A stretch of 34,807 nucleotides of DNA, from positions 1 to 34,807 of the forward strand of contig JBDNIV010000022.1 in the NCBI GenBank assembly GCA_041688145.1, written 5' to 3'. Under the pieces are notes generated by a model. That model did no database searches. It had not been told where the DNA came from and worked only from the letters and a program-made list of their open reading frames with translations. How positions within the stretch are numbered: the first letter of the stretch is position 1; each line of letters begins with the position of its first letter. The DNA is from Chlamydiia bacterium (GTDB lineage Bacteria; Chlamydiota; Chlamydiia; Chlamydiales; JAAKFQ01). This document shows positions 17,506 through 26,388 of this stretch, piece by piece. Made by a program: the position numbers and the translations under genes.

Positions 17506-20052
17506 TTAGAGCTCGAGATACTCTTTTTCAACATTCTTATAAATGTCAGGGTTGGTTGGGCAAGGCTCTATTCCCCATACATCTTTTGCGTAGTTTTGGA
17601 TTGTGTTATCCACGGAAAAAGGCCCCATGCCAGCGATATTGTGTAAACAGAGCTCAGCCCATTTAAGCTTATTTTTGAAAAGGGCCTCAACTTTTTCTTG
17701 AGTCTCGGCATATGTAATCAAATCATGAAGTATGAAATAGCGATCGGGCCTTCCTGACCAAGTCCCTTCAAAAAGAGATTCATAGATAGCTGCAAAAGCA
17801 GCTTTTTCACTTTCATTTTTAGTAAAGGAGCCATCAATCAGACTGTCGACAGCTTTTTTGATAATAGGGTTACTATTATAGATATCTCGAGGGCGATAAG
17901 TTTGGTCTTGTACCATAGCGTTCACGTCACTTGCGCTAAGACCAAATTTAAAGGGCCAGTATTCATTGCCAATTGATTCGCGCATTTCAATGTTTGCGCC
18001 ATCTTCTGTGCCAATCGTAAGAGCCCCATTCATTGAAAGTTTCATATTGCCTGTGCCTGATGCCTCCATTCCAGCAAGAGAAATTTGTTCGGATAGATCA
18101 GCTGCGGGTATGATGATTTGAGCTCTGGAGACATTGTAGTTTTCAATAAAAAGGACGCGAAGCTTCCCTTTAATTTTAGGGTCTTGATCTATTTTTCTTC
18201 CGATGCAGTTAATCAGACGGATAATGTTTTTGGCCATCTCATAGCCAGGAGCTGCTTTCCCAGCAAAAATCACGATGCGAGGCGCTCTTTCAGAGTTGGG
18301 ATTTTCCAAATGATGTTGATACAATATAATGGTGTGCAAGGCTGCAAGCAATTGCCTTTTATATTCGTGGATGCGTTTGATTTGAATGTCAAATAAAGCA
18401 TGGGGATTGAGGATGTCTTCATCGTGCACCTCTTCTCCATGGCTTTCACGATGTGTTGCATGTGTTTTTACAAAGTCTATGAATTTTTGCTTGCACTTTA
18501 GCTTAACCTCTAAAAAAGCCTCTTGGACTTCTTTATTTCCAGCAAATTTTTCAAGCTCTCTAATTTTAGAAAAATCATGAATCCACGTATTCCCAATACA
18601 TTTTGTGATTAGCTCAGAGAGACCTGGATTTGAGTAGTGCAGCCATTTGCGGTGTGTAACCCCATTTGTAATGCTAATAAAACGATCTGGAAAAAGTTCA
18701 CAGAAAGTGGGGCAGACATCAGCCTTGAGAATATCGGTATGTAATTTGGCAACGCCATTTACTTTGTGTGATCCATAAATAGCTAAGGGAGTCATACGAC
18801 CGCGGCCTTGATGTAAGATACTAACAGCGTCAATTTTAGATTGGTCGTTATTGAACTTTTGTGAAGCTGCAGCACATAAGGAAGCGTTGAGTTTTTTAAT
18901 GATATCATAATGTTTAGGAAGAAGTGAGTGTATGAGCTCTTCACCCCACTCTTCATGAGCCTCTTTAAGGATAGTGTGAATGGTAAAGCCGCAGCATGCG
19001 GTAACTATTTCAAAAGCTTCATCCCAGGGGATTTTATTTTCCTCACTCAAAAGTCGCATAAGCTCGGCTATAGCGAGCGCTGAGTGCGTGTCATTCATTT
19101 GGATACGCACTTTATCAGCAAAGCTATCAAGGCTTTTATAGCGGTCTAAAAATTCACTGACAATATCTTGAAGTGAAGCTGAAACAAGCAGAAACTCTTG
19201 CTTTAGGCGAATGCGCTTTCCCACATCATTATTGTCATTAGGGTAAAGCACGTGGGTAAGTGTAATATTTTCAGAAGCTGTGCCAATGTCACCAGAGTTA
19301 TATTTTTGGAGTTTAAAATTGCTAGGAGACTCTTCTGTAGACCAAAGGCGCAAAGGGAGTACGGGCATATAGTTTTCTGAATGCTGTCCTACGATAGGGT
19401 AGTCAAAGGCAAGTGCGCGCACCTCATCAGCTTGCTCGTGTTTCCACAAATCATCGACATGAACGCCTTCAGGAGCAGGACCTGAGCTAAAATGTATGGT
19501 TTGTGCGCGCATGTCGTTACGTCTTTCCCAGGGGTTAAAATGGTATAGCCATTTATCAGGTCTTTCTACCTGAACCCCTTCCCAGATTTCTTGATCAAAG
19601 ATCCCATATTGATAGCGAAGGCCGTACCCTCTTGCTGGATACATTTGTGTAGACAAAGACTCTAAAAAGCACGCTGCAAGTCTTCCGAGGCCTCCATTGC
19701 CGAGCCCTGGATCAAACTCTGCACAAATAAGGTGCGAAAAATCACGATTTGTTTTTTTTAGAACCTCTTGCACTAAGCTCATTGCGCCCATGTTATCGAT
19801 GTTATTAACAATAAACCGACCGGGCAGGTATTCAAGCGATAAGTAATATAGCGTGCGTACTTTAGACTCGAGCTGACTTTTTTCGTAGGCAGTCCAGTTC
19901 AAAGTAATTTGCTCACGAAGAGCAAAGCAAAAAGCTAAATAAAACTCATCATCATTCGCATCTTTTAGCAGACGACCTCGAAGAGTAATTAGGTAGTGTT
20001 TAATTTTAGCGATCAGCTCATCGGCAGAGTCTTGAGAGGGGTGCATGGGCAT
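17506..20052 (-). CDS. glgP: Glycogen/alpha-glucan phosphorylase
   Basis: YYLSLEYL, GLGNGGLGRLAACFL, VLYPND, RLKQE, NDTH, KRIHEYKRQ, FAGKAAPGY, EASGTGNMK (PLP lysine). Confidence 0.97.
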   Translation of the reverse strand: MPMHPSQDSADELIAKIKHYLITLRGRLLKDANDDEFYLAFCFALREQITLNWTAYEKSQLESKVRTLYYLSLEYLPGRFIVNNIDNMGAMSLVQEVLKKTNRDFSHLICAEFDPGLGNGGLGRLAACFLESLSTQMYPARGYGLRYQYGIFDQEIWEGVQVERPDKWLYHFNPWERRNDMRAQTIHFSSGPAPEGVHVDDLWKHEQADEVRALAFDYPIVGQHSENYMPVLPLRLWSTEESPSNFKLQKYNSGDIGTASENITLTHVLYPNDNNDVGKRIRLKQEFLLVSASLQDIVSEFLDRYKSLDSFADKVRIQMNDTHSALAIAELMRLLSEENKIPWDEAFEIVTACCGFTIHTILKEAHEEWGEELIHSLLPKHYDIIKKLNASLCAAASQKFNNDQSKIDAVSILHQGRGRMTPLAIYGSHKVNGVAKLHTDILKADVCPTFCELFPDRFISITNGVTHRKWLHYSNPGLSELITKCIGNTWIHDFSKIRELEKFAGNKEVQEAFLEVKLKCKQKFIDFVKTHATHRESHGEEVHDEDILNPHALFDIQIKRIHEYKRQLLAALHTIILYQHHLENPNSERAPRIVIFAGKAAPGYEMAKNIIRLINCIGRKIDQDPKIKGKLRVLFIENYNVSRAQIIIPAADLSEQISLAGMEASGTGNMKLSMNGALTIGTEDGANIEMRESIGNEYWPFKFGLSASDVNAMVQDQTYRPRDIYNSNPIIKKAVDSLIDGSFTKNESEKAAFAAIYESLFEGTWSGRPDRYFILHDLITYAETQEKVEALFKNKLKWAELCLHNIAGMGPFSVDNTIQNYAKDVWGIEPCPTNPDIYKNVEKEYLEL

Positions 20053-20093
20053 CTCTTATGGTTTATAGCGCCACTCTATAGCTAAAGGGTTTT

Positions 20094-21518
20094 TTAAATA
20101 AAGAGGGCCTTTAGAGAGAAATAGATCAGCATGCTTAAAAGAGCGCTTAGGGGAATAGTAATAATCCAAGAGAGGACGATGTCCCGTACAGTTTTGAGGT
20201 TAATAGCACTTAAGCCTCTTGCAAAACCTACTCCTAAAAGGGCGCCAACCAAACTATGCGTTGTAGAGACAGGAAGGCCCAGCTTAGAGGCCAATAAGAT
20301 GGTAGCTGCTGCTGCAAACTCAGCGCAAAAGCCGCGTGTAGGCGTAAGAGCTGTGATCTTTTTTCCTATAGTGTCGATGACGCGCCATCCCCACATGGAA
20401 AGGCCGACTACAATGCCGAGTCCCCCGAATCCTAAAATGTGCCAGTTAGCTGATCCAAAAACATGCGCTGTGCCCTGATTTAAAATAGAAAAAATAGCAG
20501 CTAAGGGGCCGACAGCATTTGCAACGTCGTTAGCTCCATGAGAAAATGCAATAAGAGCTGCACTTAGGACTTGCAAAAGAGCAAAGATTTTTTCTACACC
20601 TGTGTACTGAGAAGTTGTTTTTTCCAAAGAGAGGTCTTTTTGGGCTTCTTTACATAGCGCGCGCGTTTTATCGAGAGCTTCACGTACACGCTCTTTGAAG
20701 GGCCCTCCACTAGATAGAGAGACTCTTTGTAAATGTTTAATCGATTTATTAAGAGCAATGAGATGTTCAGGAGTGCGTTTTATTGGAGTCTCAAATCCCG
20801 CTTCACTAGGTTTGAATTTATACTTGATGAGGTGGTTTACAATAGAGGCTCCTAAAATGCCTACAAGAGCGGCTAGAAAGGCTAGTTCATAGAAGCTTAA
20901 ACGAATGATGTGCTTCAGGCCTGTTGATAAAATAGCTAGGCTCAATATGAAAAGCACTACAGCCACAAACCAGGGAACAATGCGTTTTGCAGCTCGACTC
21001 GGTCTTGCTGCAAATAGAACAGTTTTTTGCACAAACCCAAAAGTGAAATAAGCAATAATCCCAGAGAGAACTGGAGATACAATCCAGCTGCTAGCAATAA
21101 AAGCTACATGCCCCCAATCTATAAGGTGCCATTTTCCTGCAGCGATGCCGAAGCCCAAAATAGCGCCTACAATAGCGTGTGTAGTAGAGACTGGCCAGCC
21201 AAAGGCAGAGGCAACTTGCAGCCATATACCAGTGGCAAAAAGAGCGGCTAACATACCTAAGACAAAGAGGGTAGGGTCTGCAGGAAAAGCACTTGGAGCG
21301 ATGATGCCTTTTTGCAAGGTTTCCATTACATTGCCACCGAAGAAAAAAGCCCCACAAAATTCAAAAATAGCTGCTAATACAACAGCTTGCTTTAGACGAA
21401 GTGCTCCTGATCCTACAGAGGTGCCAACAGCATTCGCGACGTCATTAGCACCTATGTTCCAGGCCATGTAGAAACCGAAACAAAGAGCTAATATAATGAG
21501 AAGGGACGTTATTTCCAT
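20094..21518 (-). CDS. Inorganic phosphate transporter, PiT family
   Basis: Two GANDVAN signatures and two PVSTTH motifs; multiple TM segments. Confidence 0.95.
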   Translation of the reverse strand: MEITSLLIILALCFGFYMAWNIGANDVANAVGTSVGSGALRLKQAVVLAAIFEFCGAFFFGGNVMETLQKGIIAPSAFPADPTLFVLGMLAALFATGIWLQVASAFGWPVSTTHAIVGAILGFGIAAGKWHLIDWGHVAFIASSWIVSPVLSGIIAYFTFGFVQKTVLFAARPSRAAKRIVPWFVAVVLFILSLAILSTGLKHIIRLSFYELAFLAALVGILGASIVNHLIKYKFKPSEAGFETPIKRTPEHLIALNKSIKHLQRVSLSSGGPFKERVREALDKTRALCKEAQKDLSLEKTTSQYTGVEKIFALLQVLSAALIAFSHGANDVANAVGPLAAIFSILNQGTAHVFGSANWHILGFGGLGIVVGLSMWGWRVIDTIGKKITALTPTRGFCAEFAAAATILLASKLGLPVSTTHSLVGALLGVGFARGLSAINLKTVRDIVLSWIITIPLSALLSMLIYFSLKALFI

Positions 21519-21528
21519 ATTTCCATAT

Positions 21529-22203
21529 TTAGCTTACGTCAAGAACCATCCGTATACGGTTAGAAAGGTGCTCTGAGAGTTTTGAGAGACGGGCAATTTC
21601 ATCAAAAAGATTTAGCCATAGGTGAAAAGTATAGTGTTCAAATTCTTCTGCTTTACCAAAAAGCTTTTTCATAAGCTTATATTTTATAGAAGCATGCTCA
21701 TGCTCTAAGAAAGCGACGTCTTCTACCATAGCCTTAACTTTTTCAGCTTCCATACCACCAAAAGCAGACTCAATAAGATTGTCGACTTCTAGGGTGATCA
21801 GATGCGCTTTTTCAAAGGTCTCAAAGCTTTTATCTACAAGTAGACAAAAGTCCTCTTTGAGCCAATCAGGCATACTTAATTCGCGCAAGGTCAGTGTAAT
21901 CCCAATGTGTTCACAGATATCGGCAATCGAGTCTTGAATGTGGAGAATTTCTAAAAGATCTTGGCGGTCTACAGGAAGAAATAGACTTTTAGGAAGGTGG
22001 TTTCTTAAGTCGTGTTTAGTAAGATCTGCTTCGTACTCAAGCTTCGAAATAGTGTCTGCTATTTCAGATACTTTAGAAAAATCTTCAGCTTGAAAAGCAT
22101 CAAAAAGAGCGCGCAACTCAAGTACACAACTCGTTACTTTCTCCATATGCGTTTGCAAAGGAGTAAAAGGGGACTTAGCGAAGAGCCTTGCTATAGTGCG
22201 CAT
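21529..22203 (-). CDS. TIGR00153/DUF47 family phosphate transport regulator (PhoU-like)
   Basis: SPFTPLQTH, LEYEADL, LFLPVDRQDLL, QDSIAD; directly upstream of pit. Start moved to ATG 22203 (MRTIARLF..., 224 aa), where family similarity begins. Confidence 0.9.
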   Translation of the reverse strand: MRTIARLFAKSPFTPLQTHMEKVTSCVLELRALFDAFQAEDFSKVSEIADTISKLEYEADLTKHDLRNHLPKSLFLPVDRQDLLEILHIQDSIADICEHIGITLTLRELSMPDWLKEDFCLLVDKSFETFEKAHLITLEVDNLIESAFGGMEAEKVKAMVEDVAFLEHEHASIKYKLMKKLFGKAEEFEHYTFHLWLNLFDEIARLSKLSEHLSNRIRMVLDVS

Positions 22204-22394
22204 GTATCGGACCTGTTTTGGCTGGATCCTATCGCATTCACTGTTTATCATCAACAAAGTATGAAACAAAATGCGGCCGTGTTAATAAGAGCCATAGAAT
22301 ATCAGCTAATTTATAGAATAAGAAAAATTCGTGAAATTTAGGGATATTCCATTTTACTAGGGCGTCTGGCAAGCGCTTCAAAATGCCATATTTT

Positions 22395-22423
22395 TTGACA
22401 AATGGAATGAGGTGAGGTAATTT
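22395..22423 (+). promoter_or_regulatory. Candidate sigma70/sigma66 promoter of the sulfotransferase-like gene
   Basis: Consensus -35 TTGACA (22395-22400), 17 nt spacer, TAATTT (22418-22423), 30 nt before the ATG. Confidence 0.6.
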
Positions 22424-22453
22424 TTTTAAATTTATTATTACCGAGTAAATTAC

Positions 22454-23488
22454 ATGAAAATTCGATTATTTCTTTTGTTTTGTTCTTCTTGTTTGTTTGC
22501 CATTGCACATGGCGAATATCCTTGTGTTATTAAATATGAGGATGCGCGCTTTGTGATCCCTTTTTACTTAGAGAGCTTTACTGAAGAAGATGATTTGTGG
22601 AAATTGCACATCAATATAGGTGGGTATAGAGAAACATATGTTTATGAGGGCCTTCAAGGCGTATTGAATAAAGAAAAAAAGTCTCTTGCTAGATCTATGA
22701 AACGCGCTATTAGAAAGAAAAGTATTTGTAAGTTAGTGCAACCTTGTCCAGATGGTAATGGTGTATCTGTGCTTAAATTTCCGAATAAAAAAAATGAATA
22801 CTCTAAGCAGATTTTTTTTGTAACCAATCCTGTGATGAAAATTCCTTTAGAAACGCCTATACGACATGTCCAGATATTTGGAGAGCGCTGCTCAGGAACT
22901 AGTTTTTTAGAAAAGCTCCTTACTAATAATCTAATTAATATCTCAATTGATTGGCTTCTTGGTTGGAAGCATTTTCCTGATAAGGACTTGCTTTGTGACA
23001 GGTATTTAGAAAAAGAGAAAGATTTTTTAATTATTGTAATTGTTAGGAATTTAGATGACTGGCTTCAGAGTATGCATAAAACACTTTTTCATGCTAATGA
23101 AATGCAGAGGAATTCATTTTCACAGTTTCTGCGTGCTTCCTGGAATACAGAGCTGCTCTTGGATCGAGCAGAGGATGGCTCTTATCAGGAAAATGTGTTA
23201 GCTTTAAGGGCATTTAAGATGAAAACTTTTTTCTCTTATAAAGAGCATTTCAGCAATTTCTATTTTATTAATTATGAGGTGCTTTTGAAATATCCTGAGG
23301 AAATTATTGCAGATATTGCGAGTCGGTTTAGTTTGCAAAATCGTTTTCAATTTCAGCCTATTCTTGCCTATAAGGGAACTAACAATAGAGCGTTTAAGCC
23401 AGCATCTTACCCGCCTATTTCTGAAACAGACAGGGCGCATATTTTAGAGAGTGGTAATATGGAAATAGAAAAAATGGTGGGATATTGA
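22454..23488 (+). CDS. Putative exported sulfotransferase-like (P-loop) protein with an unassigned N-terminal domain
   Basis: Signal-peptide-like N-terminus (MKIRLFLLFCSSCLFAIAHG); 5'-PSB-like FGERCSGTSFL; GWKH; 3'-PB-like VRNLDDWLQS; INYEVL. Confidence 0.7.
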   Translation: MKIRLFLLFCSSCLFAIAHGEYPCVIKYEDARFVIPFYLESFTEEDDLWKLHINIGGYRETYVYEGLQGVLNKEKKSLARSMKRAIRKKSICKLVQPCPDGNGVSVLKFPNKKNEYSKQIFFVTNPVMKIPLETPIRHVQIFGERCSGTSFLEKLLTNNLINISIDWLLGWKHFPDKDLLCDRYLEKEKDFLIIVIVRNLDDWLQSMHKTLFHANEMQRNSFSQFLRASWNTELLLDRAEDGSYQENVLALRAFKMKTFFSYKEHFSNFYFINYEVLLKYPEEIIADIASRFSLQNRFQFQPILAYKGTNNRAFKPASYPPISETDRAHILESGNMEIEKMVGY

Positions 23489-23490
23489 AC

Positions 23491-23520
23491 TGGCAGGTAG
23501 CTTTTATCTGCTATTTTTTT
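23491..23520 (+). terminator. Intrinsic terminator after the sulfotransferase-like gene
   Basis: TGGCAGGTAG-CTT-TTATCTGCTA hairpin (three G-U pairs, which favour the + strand) followed by T7. Confidence 0.7.
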
Positions 23521-23541
23521 GATTGAAGGGAATGTGATTGC

Positions 23542-24246
23542 TTAGTTAAATAGCGCGTTTTGTTCACGGTCTGATAGAGCCTTAAAACTGCCCTTAGTTA
23601 AATTGCCGAGTCTTAAGCCTCCAATACGGATACGCTTCAGCTCCATAACGCTTAAGCCGGCTCTTTTACATAAAAGGCGCACTTCGTGCTTCTTGCCTTC
23701 CATGACAGTTACTTTGAGAGTATTTCGGCGTACTTTAGTGACTTTTTTTGGCTTTACAAAAGTGCCTTCAACACGCGAGCCTTTAGCAATCTTTTCTAGG
23801 TGATCAGGAAATATAAACTCTTTAACTTTCACAAGGTATTCTTTCTCCATACGTGTGCTTGGGTGAATAGCCTTTTGGGCAAATTGTCCGTCATTGGTCA
23901 CGATTATTAGGCCTTCAGAGGCTTTGTCGAGTCTTCCTACTGTATAGAGCCTTTGAGGGATATGGGCAAAAAGATCGATCACAAGCTTTGTGCTAGAATC
24001 AGGTCTTTGGCTAGAACACAAGTAGCCTTTAGGCTTGTTCAGAACAAAGCAAATCTTTTCTTCAGGAGCTATAATTCTTTTTTTACCTACAAAAATAGCA
24101 TCTTTATAAGCATTTACAAGGGTCTGAGGTTTGAGGCATATTTCGCCATTGACTTTGACCTTTCCATCAAAAATTAGCTCTTCACAGGCCCTTCTGGAGG
24201 CAACTCCTGCATGGGCTAAGACTTTAGCTAGGCGATTTTCCATCAA
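23542..24246 (-). CDS. rluB: rRNA pseudouridine synthase, RsuA/RluB family
   Basis: S4 domain RLAKVLAHAGVASRR, NKPKGY, catalytic VGRLD, EKEYLV, EGKKHEVR, LKRIRIG. Confidence 0.88.
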   Translation of the reverse strand: MMENRLAKVLAHAGVASRRACEELIFDGKVKVNGEICLKPQTLVNAYKDAIFVGKKRIIAPEEKICFVLNKPKGYLCSSQRPDSSTKLVIDLFAHIPQRLYTVGRLDKASEGLIIVTNDGQFAQKAIHPSTRMEKEYLVKVKEFIFPDHLEKIAKGSRVEGTFVKPKKVTKVRRNTLKVTVMEGKKHEVRLLCKRAGLSVMELKRIRIGGLRLGNLTKGSFKALSDREQNALFN

Positions 24247-24269
24247 ACAATCCTTTTTTATGTTATGCC

Positions 24270-24298
24270 ATTGTATTAAAATTTATTAATAAAGTCTA
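24270..24298 (-). promoter_or_regulatory. Candidate promoter of rluB
   Basis: Minus strand TAGACT (24298-24293), 17 nt spacer, TACAAT (24275-24270). Confidence 0.5.
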
Positions 24299-24340
24299 GA
24301 ATTTAAGCGTATATTCAATTAACTTTTTCAAGAAAATTGT

Positions 24341-24369
24341 TTTAGATTTTATTCCCGTTTTGTTACACT
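24341..24369 (+). promoter_or_regulatory. Candidate extended -10 promoter of the gpmA operon
   Basis: TTTAGA (24341-24346), 17 nt spacer, TACACT (24364-24369) preceded by TGn. Confidence 0.45.
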
Positions 24370-24407
24370 GGCCTCTTTGCAATCCCTATATTAACAGGAG
24401 GCATGGT

Positions 24408-25061
24408 TTGGCAAAACTAATTTTGATTCGACATGGGCAATCTCTTTGGAATGCGCTCAATGTTTTTACGGGCTGGGTCGATATTCCCCTCTCTGAAAAG
24501 GGGATTAAAGAGGCTCTTCAAGCGGGCGAAGAGCTTGAAAATGAGAAGATAGATGTCGTTTTTATATCGACTCTTTGTCGAGCACTTATGACGGGCATGC
24601 TTGTGATGGCTAAAAACAAAAAAAGCCTTCCTCCTCGCATCGTTCAGGATGAGGCCCATTTGTGTAATAGCGAGATTAGCAAAACGACTACGCCTGTGAT
24701 TACTTCATCAGCTATTAATGAAAGAATGTACGGCGAGCTTCAGGGACGTAATAAGGATGAAGTTAAAAAGCAGTATGGTGAAGAGCAGTTTAAAACATGG
24801 CGCCGCGGCTATGACACCCCTCCTCCAAAAGGGGAGAGCCTAAAAATGACCGCTGATCGTGCACTTCCTTATTTTAACAAGGAGATTACAGATCAGCTTA
24901 AAGAAGGGAAAAATGTTCTTGTCTCTGCACATGGAAACTCTTTGCGCGCTATCATCATGCACTTAGATCACCTTTCAGAAGAGCAGGTATGTGAATTAGA
25001 AGTGCCAACAGGAAGGCCTATTATTTACGAGTATACAGATGGGATATTTACTAAAAAATAA
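24408..25061 (+). CDS. gpmA: 2,3-bisphosphoglycerate-dependent phosphoglycerate mutase
   Basis: LIRHGQSLWN, FTGWVD, NERMYGELQG, GESL, AHGNSLRA. Start moved to TTG 24408, 6 nt after the SD AGGAGG (24396-24401). Confidence 0.95.
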   Translation: MAKLILIRHGQSLWNALNVFTGWVDIPLSEKGIKEALQAGEELENEKIDVVFISTLCRALMTGMLVMAKNKKSLPPRIVQDEAHLCNSEISKTTTPVITSSAINERMYGELQGRNKDEVKKQYGEEQFKTWRRGYDTPPPKGESLKMTADRALPYFNKEITDQLKEGKNVLVSAHGNSLRAIIMHLDHLSEEQVCELEVPTGRPIIYEYTDGIFTKK

Positions 25062-26388
25062 AGCAGCTCTCAGGCAACTCTTAGAGGAAAATGGGCAAGG
25101 CAAAAAAAAGAGGCCTATAGAATATAGGTCTCTTCGCTTTGACAACCATACAAGCCCTCCTTCTTTGAAAGAGGTAAAGGCCTTTCTTGCCAAAGCTCTA
25201 TCTTTAGAAGATAGGGATGAAGCTATAAATTCCTTAGACTTTTTCTCAGATGGATTGAGCCCACATGCTTACTCTCAAAAAGCTCTTAGTGATATCGAGC
25301 TTTCTAAAAAAGCTATTAAAAAGGCTCTAGGGCTTGAAGCTGTATTCACTTCATCACCTAAGCCTTCCATAGAAAGCTTAGATGATGAAATGGGCTTGTA
25401 TGATCAAGTGATTCTTACTTCTTCAGGTGCAGAAGCTGTTTGCCAAGTCCATTTTTCCACCTATATGGAAGATACGCGTTCAAGTGGAAAAAACCACATT
25501 CTTATACCTGAAGGATCTCCAGCAGTTTTTTGCCGCTCATTAGAGCGTTTAGAACCTTTAGGCGTTGTTGCTAAGTTTATTAAAACAAGTCCTAAAGGCC
25601 TCTGCATAGATTCCTTTTTAGAAGTAGTCAGTCATAGAACTGCTCTAGTCTCTTTGTCTACAGCAGACAGCCTGACAGGAGCTTTAGAGCCTATAGAAGA
25701 AATAGCAAAGATTTGCCGCTCAAAACACATCCCTCTTCATATCGATATTACGCCATCTATAGGTAAACAGTGGCTTGATTTTGAAGCCTTAGATGCTGAT
25801 ATGATTACCTTTTGTGGAAAGGCTTTGGGCTCACCTTTTCCTATAGGGGCACTTATCTTAAAAAGAGGGGCGCTATTTGCACCTCTTATTATGGGTGATC
25901 TTAGCCAAGAGGGCTTGCGTGCAGGGGGCATAAGCGCGCCTCTTTTTAAAAGTTTAGAAATTGCCTTAGAAAAAGCAATTGAGCTTCAAAATCATATGGC
26001 AATGGAAGTCGCCTCACTAAAAAACCAAATGCTAGATGACCTTAGAAAAAATGAGCGCTTTACCTTGTTTACCCCAAATATGAGCGCACTGCCAAACGCA
26101 TTTGCGTTTGGTTTTTCTGGGATTAAAGGGGAGCTCTTAGCCTATGCACTTGGCCAGCGAGGCATCTTCGTTTCGATGGGAGGAGGCTCTTTGCCTAGTT
26201 TGCAGAGGCTTCTAGAATTAAAAGGGATTTGCCCAATAGAAGCTGCTACAGCTGTATCTATATCGCTGACTACTGAAATAAGCTTAGAAGAAATTAAATA
26301 TGCTACGCAGATTGTTCTAGAAGAAGTTGAGCGCTTAAGTAGCCTTTTCCCCAATAGCTCAGATAGTGAAAAGAGGCTTTTATTATGA
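25039..26388 (+). CDS. Degenerate NifS/IscS-like (class V aminotransferase fold) protein, probably catalytically inactive; start uncertain
   Basis: FDNH, ILTSSGAEA, LTGALEPIEEI, LHID, LRAG, GIFVSMG align with NifS/IscS, but the SxHK, EH and SAC motifs are missing; located between gpmA and nifU. Confidence 0.8.
   Translation: MGYLLKNKAALRQLLEENGQGKKKRPIEYRSLRFDNHTSPPSLKEVKAFLAKALSLEDRDEAINSLDFFSDGLSPHAYSQKALSDIELSKKAIKKALGLEAVFTSSPKPSIESLDDEMGLYDQVILTSSGAEAVCQVHFSTYMEDTRSSGKNHILIPEGSPAVFCRSLERLEPLGVVAKFIKTSPKGLCIDSFLEVVSHRTALVSLSTADSLTGALEPIEEIAKICRSKHIPLHIDITPSIGKQWLDFEALDADMITFCGKALGSPFPIGALILKRGALFAPLIMGDLSQEGLRAGGISAPLFKSLEIALEKAIELQNHMAMEVASLKNQMLDDLRKNERFTLFTPNMSALPNAFAFGFSGIKGELLAYALGQRGIFVSMGGGSLPSLQRLLELKGICPIEAATAVSISLTTEISLEEIKYATQIVLEEVERLSSLFPNSSDSEKRLLL

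Noticed and set aside
22204..22341. Extension of the TIGR00153 protein and the antisense ORF 22012-22341
   Set aside because: Family similarity begins at ATG 22203; the antisense ORF has no recognisable motif.
22367..22388. TGGCA...TGCCA dyad as a possible sigma54 promoter
   Set aside because: There is no TTGC at the required -12 spacing on either strand, and the 5 bp arms are not significant.
24360..24407. N-terminal extension of GpmA in the ORF track
   Set aside because: It contains the predicted -10 box and the SD; TTG 24408 fits the family start.
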